Positions 9,221 to 21,350 of a DNA stretch of 64,000 nt are shown piece after piece. How positions within the stretch are numbered: the stretch's first letter is position 1; every line of letters begins with the position of its first letter. Source of the DNA: Azolla caroliniana. Its lineage: Eukaryota > Plantae > Polypodiophyta. The position numbers and the translations under genes were made by a program. Where the stretch lies: positions 5,828,001-5,892,000 of the forward strand of contig JBHGNT010000011.1 in NCBI GenBank assembly GCA_043228905.1. Reading direction: 5' to 3'. The notes beneath the pieces were generated by a model, which ran no database searches, was not told the origin of the DNA, and was given only the letters and a program-made list of their open reading frames with translations.

Positions 9221-12200
9221 TGTAAAGAATCGATGGTGATTCTTGTGCAATGGAATAGATGTGCGTTATGTGCGTATATGTGTGAGAGAAAAAGGGAGGA
9301 GAGAAAAGAGTGTTGGGAGACAGGTCCCTCCGGATGGGGAGTACCCGACTGCGGAGAGCCGGATGGTGTAGGCCCGGTATGAACCGGATGGGGAGTACCC
9401 GACTGCGGAGAGCCGGATGGTGTAGGCCCGGTATGAACCGGATGGGGAGTACCCGACTGCGGAGAGCCGGATGGTGTAGGCCCGGTATGAACCGGATGGG
9501 GAGTACCCGACTACGGAGAGCCGGATGGTGCAGGCCCGGTATGAACCGGAGGAAGAGACATATTCGTAAATATGTTTCTGAGAGCCCATCGAGGCTACAT
9601 TTGTAAATAGCCGAAAAGTCATATTAGTATAAATATGACTTAGGGCAAACTTTTAGGTGTAGTTGTTGTTGTTATTCTTCCTTGTTGGTGCAAGAAGAAG
9701 AGAGAGCGCGTAACTGTACAGAGAGAGATAGAGAGAGACGAGGTCGTTGCCTTTGTTGTAACCGCCGCCTGTGGCGAAGATCTGAGAGCATGAGGTCGTT
9801 GCCTCAGTGAACTCACTGTTGTATATTCCTACATAGTGACAGTTTGCAGCCTGTGGGCTGCCGTGGTTTTTTCCTTATTTTGGGGTTTTCCACGTAAACC
9901 TCCTGTGTACCATTTCTCCCCTTTGTGTCGCGTTTCATTACCTGTTTTTCTGTGTATGAAAAGAATCTCGGTTGTGGCCGAGCGTCGGACATAAGGAACG
10001 TCGAGTTCCCGTCAAAGAGAACTCAAGATAGATCAATGAGAGGAAAATAGAACACTCAAGAAGAAGGTGTATATTTCACAAGTAGAATAAGATTTACAAA
10101 ATGTAGCATTACAATGAGTCACAACCGACTTAGTATGAAGTAGGAGAAGGGTGCTTTATATATAGTCACCCTTTCTCTTCATTAACTAACTACAACAACC
10201 ACTCTCTCTTGGGGAATGTGAAGACTCATAGTCATGGGGAATATGTAACTCATTAGTTATGTGTCATAGAATATGATTCTATGACACATAGTTAATGTGT
10301 AGAGAGATAGTGGTGTGACTCTTGACATTTGAGTAATCATAGACTCCTAAAAGGTGTGTTGAAACGTTGCACTATGTTGACCTTGATTCTCAACACGCCC
10401 CCTCAAGCTCAACTCGGGTCGGTTCCTTTTGATTGATGTTTGCTTCGACTGGTATCTGGTTCGAACAATCTCTAGCTCGTACCTAGTTCAGACTGTATAT
10501 GTTTCTCTCTTGTACTACCCCTCAAGCTTGGCAAGTCAGGGATCGTCAATCCAAGGTCTAAATTGGGTACACCCAAATCCTTCAAAATCCTCTTGAGCCA
10601 TACGACTTCACATGCAGCTACGGTTGCACCCCTATATCCGATCCGGCCTTCGTATTCAAAGGTGCAATGTGGTAGGCTGCTTCTTACTACTCCAAGATAT
10701 TGCTCCGCTACCGAGCGAGAAGACAAGTCTGGAGGTCGATCGTCGATCAGCTCTGTAGCCGGCCTAGTCGGCATCCATGTACCCTTCGAGTCGAATTGGT
10801 GTGGCCGATGTGTAGAGGATGTCGTAATCCATTGTGCCACTCACGTATCGTAATACTCACTTACCACAATCGAAATGGATATATTGCGGAGTTTGCATGA
10901 AATGGCCGACCGGATAGTTGAGGTCAGGTCAAGTGATCGTGAGATAGATGAGGCTCCCAATCAGTTGTCGATATGGAGTCAACTCGCACTTGTCTATGCC
11001 GGAGTTGACATCTAGTTTGAGGTTTCGATCGAGAAGGGTTGCCACAGATTTGCACTCAACCATCCCGAACTTGTAGTGTCGTTAAGAGATCATAATGCCA
11101 GTCGGAATACGAATTACTTCGATTCCAAGAAAGTAATGAAGTTCCTTCATGTCCGTCATCTCGAATTTGTTGGAGAGGAGGGACTTCACCTTTTGATGTC
11201 TACTAAATGCTCACCTCCAATAATCAAATCATCCACGTATAGGATGATGACAATCGAGCTTCTAGAGTCATTCCGTACGTAGAGGGATTTCTCAGATTTC
11301 GACATTCGAAAGCCAATTTGATGAAGATATTGCGTAATCTTCGAATGCCAAGCACGCGGTGCTTGCTTAAGGCTATAAAGTGGCTTCTTGAGTCGGCACA
11401 CGGCTTTCGGATGAGTACACAATTCGAAGCCGGGTGGTTGTACCATGTATACCTCCTCTTCTAATTCGCCTTCAAGAAAGGCCTTCTTTATGTCCATCTG
11501 ATGGAGGTGCCACCCTTTCGCTGTTGCGAGTGCAATTATGGTCCGCACAGTCCTCATCTTTGCCACCGGGGCAAATGTCTCTTTGTAGTCTACTCCATGT
11601 GTTTGTGCGTATCCTTTCGCTATGAGTCGAGCTTTGTAGTGGTTTACGGAGCCGTCAGCGTTATACTTCACCTTATAGATCCATCTGCAACCGATCGCCT
11701 TCTTGTGCGGTGAGTGGGGAACGAGATCCCATGTTTCATTCTTGCAAAGTCCCTGCATCTTCTCGTTCATTGCTTCGACCCATCGCGGGTCCTTCACGGC
11801 TTCGAAAAAGGTTTCCGGCTCCTGTACTGTCGGCTACCTTCATCATAAAGGCATAATGGTACGCCATATAACCATTGTAGCTGAATCAGCTTACGGGGTT
11901 CTTTTCACGGGTGGATCGGCGGAGCTTCTCGTTTGCAGATACTAAGGCTTTCTTCGCTCCATTTGTCCAAATGTCAAGGCCTTCAAACTCATTATCGAGG
12001 GAGTGAGTCGATTCGTTGCCGTCGAAGTGATCGTCTTCATACTCATGCATTTTTGCCTTCCCTTTGTCCAGCTTCAGACTCGGTCGAGATGTGCTTTGAT
12101 CGCTCGGGGGCTCTTGTGGCCCACTAAGCCTTGTCGTAATCGGATTTTCTTCAAACATGCGTGTGAGCCGATCTTTGGCTTTTATCTCTGTTTCGGCGGA

Positions 12201-14271
12201 TTCCGGGTCGAGCAGAATCGTAGTCGAAGTTGTCTCTGGTGCGTACAAAGATGAGGACTCGTCGAAAATGACGTCTCGACTTACTCGACCCTTCCGTGTA
12301 GAGGGGTTATAACACTTGTACCCCTTTTGCTCTAGTGAGTATCCTACGAGGATACATTTCTCCGACTTCGGGTCAAGCTTTTGTCGCTTCTCGTCGGGGA
12401 TGTGCACGTATGCAATGGAGCAGAATATCCGAACATGTGATAGATTCAGCTTCTTCCTGAAAAACTTTTTGTGCGGAGTAAGTTCGTGCACACCCGATGT
12501 CGTACACCGATTCATGAGTTCTACGGTCGTGTTAGCCGCTTCTGCCCACTACGACTTCGGCATATTCTTTTCGTTCATCATGGCTCGTGCTACTTTGAGG
12601 ATGTGCCAATTCTTTCGTTTGGCGACTCCGTTTTGTTGTGGCTTATGTCGACACAAAAACTCTCACCGAATTCCTTCTTTCCATAGAAAAGTTGAAAATT
12701 CATCGGAGAAGTACAAGTCCTTGCCTCCATCCGACCGAAGACATCGTACATGTCGGCCCGTGGCTTTCTCGAATTCATTCTTAAATTTTTGGAAGTGTCC
12801 GAACACTTTGCTCTTTTGCCGCATGGGGTAGATCTAGGTGTGCCTGGAGAAGTCGTCGATGAAGGTCACGTAGTATCGGCATTTGCCGAATGTAGCCGTT
12901 TGAGCCGGACCCAATACATCGGAATGAATTACGTCGAGTACGCCTTTGCTCACATTCCGTTCCTTCGGAAATGGGTGCCGAAGTTGCTTGCCGAATTGGC
13001 AAACGGCACACATGCCTTCAATCTCTTTCTCCTTGAATGTTGGTAGCCCGATGACGACTCCTTTTGATTGCCTTGCCTTGAGCTTTTGGAGGTTGATATG
13101 GCCAATCCGCTTGTGCCATAACTCTTTGTCAAAATCGGCTTTCGTGCCCTTTGCGAACATGGCCAATTTCATCTCATGCGAATCGAGAATGAACATTCGG
13201 CCCTCTCTTCGTCCACGAGCGATGAGTTGGCCCTCTTTTTCGATGAAGCAACCGCCTTGATTAAATTGTACTTGCATCCCTTGCTCAACAATTTGGCCGA
13301 CGGAGACCAAATTCTTCGTTATGGTCGGTACATGTAAGACATTCTTAATAAAAGTTTGGTTACCTTCTTTGCCGAATGGGACATTGTCGATGTGTCGAAT
13401 CGGATGCGTAGTGTCATCTTCGGTTTCGACATAGCTGAGTCGTTTCGGCTCTCGAAGTTCTCAGAACCATTCTTGATGAGACGTCATATGGTTTGAGGCA
13501 CCAAAGTCGACGAACCATACCTCTTTCGGACCAGAGGCACTAGTTGAAGTAGAAGCCGACATAGAATTTTCTCTATGTCTCATCATGAACATTCCGCCAC
13601 GATCATCATAGTTAGAGTTGGTGGGGTAATTGGTAAGTTGTCGGCTAGTGAAAGCCGACTAGCGCATCTTCTTACGACACTCTTCTTCGTGGTGACCGAT
13701 TTTTTCGCAATATCCGCATTCGACCGAGTTTTGTCGGCTCGGACCGGAAAGGAAGCTCCCCCTTCTTCCGAAGGTTCCTCAATGGCTTTCGTCTTGATGT
13801 CAAAATGCGAGTTGTTTTCGTAAAGAATTGATGGTGATTCTTATGGAGCGGAATAGATGTGTGTTATGTGCGTATAAAGGGAGGAGAGAAAAGAGAACTA
13901 AAGATAGATAAATGAGAGGAAAATAAAATACTCAAGAAGAAGGTGTATATTTCACAAGTAGAATAAGATTTACAAAATGTAGCATTATAAGGAGTCACAA
14001 CCGACTTAGTATGAAGTAGGAGAAGGGTGCTTTATATATAGTCACCCTTTCTCTTCATTAACTAACTACAACAACCACTCTCTCTTGGGGAATGTGAAGA
14101 CTCATTGTCATAGGGAATATGTAACTCATTAGTTATGTGTCATAGAATATGATTCTATGACACATAGTTAATGTGTAGAGAGATAGTGGCGTGACTCTTG
14201 ACCTTTGAGTAATCATAGACTCCTAAAAGGTGTGTTGACACGTTGCACTATGTTGAGCTTGATTCTCAACA
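9221..14271 (-). mobile_element. Ty1/copia element C, degenerate, with PBS and 5' gag deleted
   Basis: 3' LTR 9221-10395 (interrupted by a solo LTR) and 5' LTR about 13820-14271. TSD ATATC at 9216-9220 and 14272-14276. PPT at about 10396-10405. IN (WHKRIGH, FIDDFSR) and RT (YKARLIAKGY, YVDDLII) fragments with stops. Confidence 0.93.
9311..10014 (+). mobile_element. Solo LTR of the element-B family, inserted in the 3' LTR of C
   Basis: TGTTGGGAGAC...GTCA with TSD AAGAG (9306-9310, 10015-10019); matches the reverse complement of 55503-56154; four 54-bp U3 tandem repeats at about 9330-9547. Confidence 0.96.
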
Positions 14272-14989
14272 ATATCTAACATACATCGACGCATATATGT
14301 ACAAAATATAGCAACCTCACTTGCATGCTTAACATTTTGATGAAATGCCACTATTACCTAGCATGGCCGATAAACTTTTGTTTGGTCTTGGAAAGATGTA
14401 ACTGACTTTGGACACTTGTGGCCCATTATTACGAAATTCTTGGAATTTTAATGGGTTCAAGAATAGTTGATGTCTTTGACAATTTTCACATATTCCTTTT
14501 TGTCTAAGTAATGTGGCATCTTATCGCATCAAAAAGGTGTATTAAACGCTTCAAGAGGCATGGTCTTCATATCATAGTTATTCTTGAATGGAAAAATCAC
14601 TTCTCCTAGGGTTAAGTTAGCAATGATGAAAATGGGTTTGTTTCTTGTACTAATGAAGGAGATTCTTGGGGTTTTAGCCTCCTATAAAGGTGGAAACCTT
14701 GATTGTATAATTTGAAAATGTTGGGGAAGTCACTCTTTTTTATTATGTTGAGAGGTTCTTTATCTTGACGTTTGAACTTTACTTTGTTTAGTTGAGCTAC
14801 GTTTATTGTTTTCTTGATATTATAGAGCTTATATATTCTAGGTGTCTTGATAATATCCGTGTTTGTGTGAGGTCGAATGGGACAATTAGGAACCTAAACT
14901 AGAGAAGATGGATTTGTTGGTGTCACTGGTGATGAAGGATTGCAAACATCTCTTCAATCTTTGATAAATTGAAATGTAGATTAGCTCCA

Positions 14990-15530
14990 CAAATATGTGT
15001 TTTATAATGTGAAATCTATATGAGCTTATGTGATCATACTCATGTGAATTTGTGTGTATGTGTGTGTGTGTGTTGATGTGAAATTAATTGTTTTTATGTT
15101 CTTAGATGAGAGTGTATATGTATAATTTTATATGTGAAAGTGTGTTTGTACTAAGTGATTGTGTGCTTAATTATTCTAAATACATGCACAATTTCATGTG
15201 CTTGTTAGTGGGCTTGAAGTAGGTGTGTTTGTACTTACTACTAAGTGATTATATGTGTTTAATTATTTTAAGTTTATCCATGTGCACACTCTTATGTGCT
15301 TGTTTGGGCTTAAGGTATGTATATGCATATGAGTGTGTTTATGCTTATTGTAGATTCATATACGTTAGGGGTATGGGAGTACATAGTTGTAACTTGTATG
15401 GAATTGCATAAGTGCATGCAGAATTTTATACGCAAGAGATTGAAGTTGCTTATATGAGATTGTGTGTATGTAAGTGTATATAAATATGTGAATGTGTTTT
15501 TTAATGTGTATATGGGTTTGTGTAATTGTT
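14990..15530. repeat. TG/TA-rich low-complexity tract
   Basis: Degenerate (TG)n and TATG repeats; no credible ORF. Confidence 0.6.
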
Positions 15531-15787
15531 ATTAGAAGAAGGGGAATTTTAGGAGATAGGTTTTCATTTGTAAATAGATTTTATTGCTAAATGATGGGTA
15601 TTACGAAAAATCTCCCCACGCCCTTCTTTAGTTTTATACATCCAATATGGGTTTTTCAATCAACATTCTAGACATTGAGTGCGAATGTTTGTTATCAAAA
15701 GTTTAATCAAGGCATTGTATTTTCATACCACTTTTGTGTATGTTCTACCTATCACTAGGACCTTTTCATGTTTTACCACAACTATAT

Positions 15788-16395
15788 TGAGTAACTTCGG
15801 CTGAAGCCTTGCATAATAGATTCCAAACCAAATCACTAACAGTAAGAGGAATACAATAAGGACCTGCAAGGCACCGACTTTGAGTTCTTCTTCGTCTAAA
15901 TAGACGGCTATGGAGAAGTTACTCACTCTCACTCTCTTACACTCACTTAGCTACAGAGGCAACTACTAAGTGTAACTTCTTACAACAATAATGATCATCT
16001 TCATCATACCTAACTACTTGCCCTAAGTATATTTATACTCACATACATAAATGACTATTTACAAATATAGCCTTAATGGGCACTTCTAGGCTATTTACAA
16101 ATATAGCCCAATTGTAACTTCTTACAACAATAATGATCATTTTCATCATACCTAACTACTTGCCCTAAGTATATTTATACTCACATACATAAATGACTAT
16201 TTACAAATATAGCCTTAATGGGCACTTCTAGGCTATTTACAAATATAGCCCAATCGGATATGATTGATTCGGATATTAGCTGAGTCGATTGTCGATTAGC
16301 CGATTTTTCAGTCAATCGATTTTTAGCCTCACCTGAGTTGAGGTCAACTGATCCACCTCGTGCTCTTCCCATCCGGAGGGACTAGTTTTCCCACA
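15788..16395 (-). mobile_element. Old solo LTR related to the A/B LTRs, with an internal tandem duplication of about 141 bp
   Basis: Minus-strand start TGTGGGAAAACTAGTCCCTCCGGATGGGAAG and core AGTATAAATATACTTAGGGCAA resemble the B LTR; duplication 15971-16253; imperfect TSD TATAT/AATAT, so the left boundary is uncertain. Confidence 0.7.
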
Positions 16396-17289
16396 AATAT
16401 ATATTCGACGCATTCTCTCTCGTTGCACCACTTGTTTTGATGATATTGATTAATTTTGTTTGTTTTCATCCTTGGGAGTTTGGCAAAGCAATAGTTATAA
16501 TTTTGTATAAGATATTTAAAGTTTTCATATGTAACCCATCCACTCTTGCCATATAGCAATGTATTGGTAAGCCATATGTTATTTCTTAGTACGAAACAAT
16601 TCTCCACCTATTCATTTACTTCAATCTACTTGGCATGCAATATATTAAGAGTTTAATTCACAACTTGGTGATAAGCACTAATGCATGCACGAATGCTCAA
16701 TCCCCATGCAATCAATATTGATACGGTTATCAATGACGTGCATAACTGGTAAATTATTAAAATAGCACATTGATGAAAGAATAGGGAAAACATTTTGCTC
16801 TTTTGCATTAGATGGTTTAAATGTTACATTGAATTTAGTTTATGATTGTTTGAATTTCAAGAGTTCATGCATTTGTTACACATCTCCCATTTTGCTTTGA
16901 ATAAAATGATAGTAGGAGGCAACAGGGCGTTTTATCTTCCTAGTTTACCTCACTTGGATCTTTAGTACAACATGATAGTTGCGTGTCCAACTAAATCAAC
17001 TAGGTATTGAACAAAGCAATGGGAATCATTCATCAAATCACTACATAGAGAATGTTGTTTTTAGCAATAATATAAGTTATGTATGTTAAACATTTTTTAA
17101 GTTCTTTTAAAGTTTAGTACTTTAAGCGAAGTAGTATGTAGGATGCGTCCATCATGAAAACCACTGACCATAAGACATAGTGCACACTACCATCTATAGC
17201 CAAAAGACAATGTCTAGTAAAGAAAAGAATCGAAATTTGCATTTGATGTCGAGGTTACACTTTCCAAACGTTGGCCAATTTTCTAGGCC

Positions 17290-17565
17290 AAATAACCAAT
17301 AACCAAGCATTAGCAATATATTAGATGTATTGCATTCATCAATGTATGTGCTAGATTTCTAAAATCTTGATGGTAAGAGAAATTTTGGCATAAGCACCTC
17401 CAGTAAATAACCAATAACCAAGCATTAGCAATATATTAGATGTATTGTGTTCATCAATGTATGTGCTAGATTTCTAGAATCTTGATGGTAAGACAAAATT
17501 TGGCAATGTATGTGCTTGATTTCTAGAATCTTGATGGTAAGACAAAATTTGGCATAAGCACCTCC
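17290..17565. repeat. Local tandem duplication (about 115-bp unit x2 plus a partial unit of about 49 bp)
   Basis: AAATAACCAATAACCAAGCATTAGC... repeated at about 17290 and 17405. Confidence 0.85.
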
Positions 17566-18059
17566 ATTGATGTCCTATTTGAATGGAAACACTTACATGT
17601 CAAGGACAAGGGCCTCTCAACCTTAGCTAGAGGCATGTCTTCTAGCCATTTGATGATTTGAACCTATGGAATTGAGCTAGTGGGCATAACTCCTAACCAT
17701 TTAGATATTCCATTGGTAACATGCATATTAATTTTGTTGCTAGTTTTTTATTATATGTAGTGCTACATCAATAGTTATAGTACAATATAAAAACATCTAA
17801 AGTCACACAAAGACCAATCACACCATTTGACAACTTTGTTTGAAAGTATGACCTAGGAAAATACACCAATAGGTATCCAAAGATCAAATAAGAACCCTCA
17901 ACAAGCCTATGAGGAAGCATAGTATTGGGACCAACATTAGGAATTTGATGTGCAACCTATCAACCTCATCAAAATTTGTCTTATTTGTTGTATTCATGAC
18001 CACAAATGTGACAAATTGAAAATTTCAAGGGGGAAATGGTTTTGATTTTTATTCATATT

Positions 18060-18545
18060 TGAAAACCTCTTTCACATGCAGGTCATACTAGAAGCAAAAC
18101 AATGTCTATTCTCCAAAGCTTGTTTATCAATGGGAATCATGCAGATGTTTAAATGTTCAAAACAAATCTCTTATCCTCATAACTAAATATCATCAGTCTC
18201 CTTTATGTCCATGTTGACCAATCACATGTGGGTCATAGTAGAGGCAAAATCAATTCTATTCTCCAAAGCTTCTTTATCAATGGGAAACATTGCTCCAATT
18301 TGTCATGATTGCAACAATCCCTTCGGAGAATCATGCACGTTTTTAAATGTTCAAAACAAATCTTTCATCCTCGTAACTAAATATCATCGGTCTCCGTTAT
18401 GTCCACCTTGATCAATCAATGCACACAAATCATTCGAGAATCATGCACATTTTTAAATGTTCAAAACAAATCTCTCATCCTCGTAACTAAATATCATCAG
18501 TCTCCTTTATGTCCACCTTGATCAATCAATGCACATAAATCATTC
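18060..18545. repeat. Complex local tandem duplications
   Basis: TTTAAATGTTCAAAACAAATCT...AACTAAATATCATC occurs three times; TCTATTCTCCAAAGCTT occurs twice. Confidence 0.75.
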
Positions 18546-18659
18546 ACAAAATTATTGCATAACACTAGTTGCCACTCTCTTATGTTGCAAGTAATTTGTT
18601 TAAATTTTTACCACATTGCTTTGGACGAATGAACTTTGCAATAGCTTATCACACAATGC

Positions 18660-19000
18660 GAATGTGGCTTTTGCCATGAAGCTCAGGAGACTACCAAGCA
18701 TGTCCTATGGTCTTGTCCCTTCGCTGAAAATGTATGGAATAAAGTCTTGTCTTTATTCCTAACCATCAATGTCAGTTGCCTATTCTCATGGGGATCAACG
18801 ATGTGGGGAGTGTTACATTCCAGCTTGATGTTGTATGAGGCAAACGATGTTCATGAGGCAATGATAGTACATAATAGAAGATTAATATTAGTTAGTCCCT
18901 TTCAGCAACCTCGAAAGCCGGTACCATCTATCCAAATTTGGAAACCAATAACCACATTAACGTTATGGGCATTATGGAAATGTTGATGTAACCGACTTTA
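18660..19000 (+). mobile_element. L1-type LINE ORF2 C-terminal fragment (zf-RVT)
   Basis: Translates as CGFCHEAQETTKHVLWSCPFAENVWNKV...LWALWKC*CNRLYE, the Cx2C...ETxxH...C...VW signature. Confidence 0.8.
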
Positions 19001-19680
19001 TGAAGCGGCAAACATTTAGGGGTTTGAAGAGGAAAAGGACACCAATTGTGTCGACAGAACCTGAGTTGATTGAAATTGATCGTGTGCTACCAATACTTGT
19101 TGTACCACAAGCTCAGTTACAAGAATGGAAACCTAAACCATTAGAAGACGAAATAAGAGCCTTGATCTTGGAGCTTGATAAAGTCTTGATAAGTGTGCAA
19201 TATATGCAGCCAAGGAGGGACGTGAATCAATTTCTAGAGTGGGTTGTCCAATACTTTGATTTGTTTATTTGGAGTGAAAAACCACGTACAGATGTGTGGA
19301 AGTGTGTAGAAAGATTCTTGCCGAAATGGCGACAACATTTCAAGGGTCAGTGGACACGAGAACATTGTGAGCAGAAGGATAATGCAAGATTCGAAAGACT
19401 TTCTGATTTTTGGGATACTTGGCCCTAATATAATGCCGAAAATATGTTGATTGTGGATACATAACATTTCTAGCATTACCTCAACCTTCGCAAATGCTGT
19501 CTCATTGTACCCGAGGAAATGCCTGATAAGTACTTGGTGAAAACATTGAGCTACAAACTAACTGCATGGTTGCGGAGTCCATACCGAGCTAGGTATGCAA
19601 ATCATATATGTAGAGAAGTTCTACTGACCAGCAAGGGTTTCGTTGTTTATAGGCGCTTTGTAGACATTGTTAATGGTGTA
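19000..19680 (+). pseudogene. FCP1-homology/NIF (HAD-family) phosphatase-like pseudogene
   Basis: ALILELDKVL (degenerate DxDxxL), RRDVNQFLEWVVQYFDLFIWS, WTREHC and RLSDFW; continues past the stop as YNAENMLIVD, matching the NIF domain motif order. Confidence 0.65.
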
Positions 19681-19974
19681 TTATAAATATGCAATTTTAT
19701 GACATATTAATCAATGAAGAATTAAATCGCTTGTTTTGAGTCAATTATCGACTATGTAATTTGAAGAGTAGGTACATGATTTATTATTTCATGTTGCGGC
19801 TTTTTCTTCGAATTAGGAAAACTGTTTGAACTTGTACATGGTTCACTTGAGAGTAATAAAATCATTGCCAAAATGTATTCCAAACAGTATAATTGTCATT
19901 GTGCACATTGAATAGACTGAAAGTTGCAATAAGTATAACTGTATATTAGAAAGAAGATTCTCAAACCATTTTAT

Positions 19975-20210
19975 TAAACTGTTTTTTAAGAAAGAAGAAC
20001 AGAAAGAAGATTGTATATAAAAAAGACACACGATATTATTAAACTGTTTTTTATTAAACAGACACACAATTTTATTATGAAAGAAGAATAGAAAGAAGAT
20101 TGTATATAAAAAAGAAGACTCCCAAATGATTTTATTAAGAAACAAGAACAGAAAGAAAACTGTATATCAAAAAGAAGACAGTCTCCCAAATGATTTTATT
20201 AAACTGTTTT
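19975..20210. repeat. Degenerate A-rich tandem repeat between the NIF and transposase 3' ends
   Basis: AAGAA(C/T)AGAAAGAA(G/A)A(T/C)TGTATAT x3; TTATTAAACTGTTTTTT x3. Confidence 0.7.
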
Positions 20211-20320
20211 TTTGCAATACATGTGCGTTGCTTGTTTTACAAGAAAACTGGTATGATCTCCTTATAGCCACAAATTCCATGGCATACTGTTGTAAATATA
20301 TTCATACAAATTAACACTAA

Positions 20321-21350
20321 CTATGTATAAACCTGAGCAGTTAATTGTATTGCGACATCAGGGACGTTAATGCACCTGACCAAATGAGAGTACATGTACG
20401 CAACTGGTTTGTCTTCCAAAAGCCTATACACATAATCATAATCATCTAATCTTGCATAAAAAACACCTTCGATGTAGAATGTCTCGACAGATACAAAATT
20501 TCCCCAAGCATCTACAATATTTTCGTTGCACACTGTTTACAAACTATGCACTTAAATATATAGAAATCAACACCCTCTAAATTGCGTTCTTCTGCATTTA
20601 CAACGAAATTATCCCCAACGTTTAAGATATCACTCAGAGTATCTCAACATCCTTGATATGTGAAGTCAACATTTTTTTCTGTTTCTCCATCAACTGCTTC
20701 CTTATCATTCAATGTATGGTATTCCCAATTCTGAATATATGCTTTGTTTAAACAATACCACCAATTTCCTTGCACACAATGGAAGCAAAAATAAGTTAAT
20801 TCTCTAACCGCAATACAATGACCATCCAACCTAGAATAACCCCGAACAACATGGAGAGATCACAATTCGTGAATTCCTTGGCACTCCCAGGTCTTCTCCC
20901 TATTTACTTCATCTATCTTCACTTCCCAAAATTCACGTTTGATATCTCGGACCCGCAAGGAATAAACACCAGTCGCACTCGTGAATTCCTTGGCACTCCC
21001 AAGTCTTCTCCCTATTTACTTCATCTATCTTCACTTCCCAAAATTCACATTTGATATCTCGGACCTGCAAGGAATAAACACCAGTTGCACTCGTTGACAT
21101 ATTAGCTTTTAAAAATTCGACTACATGTGTTGCACAATTCATATGCACACCATCTGCCTTTAGTTGTTCATGGGTAAGTGCTCGCTTTATAACTGCACCT
21201 ACTCCATCATGTTCACCTTTACCATGGCCAGACCCAAAAAAGTTCCATCTCATGTCCAAACGTGTTATAGAAGGATACCTCCCAACAAAATAAAATGGAC
21301 GTCTAACCTTGAATTGTGACGCAGCTCCGTCAAACTAGGCCCAATGTTGA
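20321..21350 (-). mobile_element. Degenerate DNA transposase, Sola2-like (DDD type)
   Basis: Minus strand reads W..FDGAASQFK...MRWNFFGSGHGKGEHDGVGAVIKR, then Cys-rich RELTYFCFHC...WYCLN. Stops and a tandem duplication of about 112 bp (20869-21092). Superfamily assigned from recalled motifs only; no TIRs identified. Confidence 0.65.

Noticed and set aside
9266-9622. ORFs with 18-aa repeats, and CRISPR-like periodicity
   Set aside because: Translation of 54-bp U3 tandem repeats in a solo LTR; units are contiguous with no unique spacers and no cas genes.
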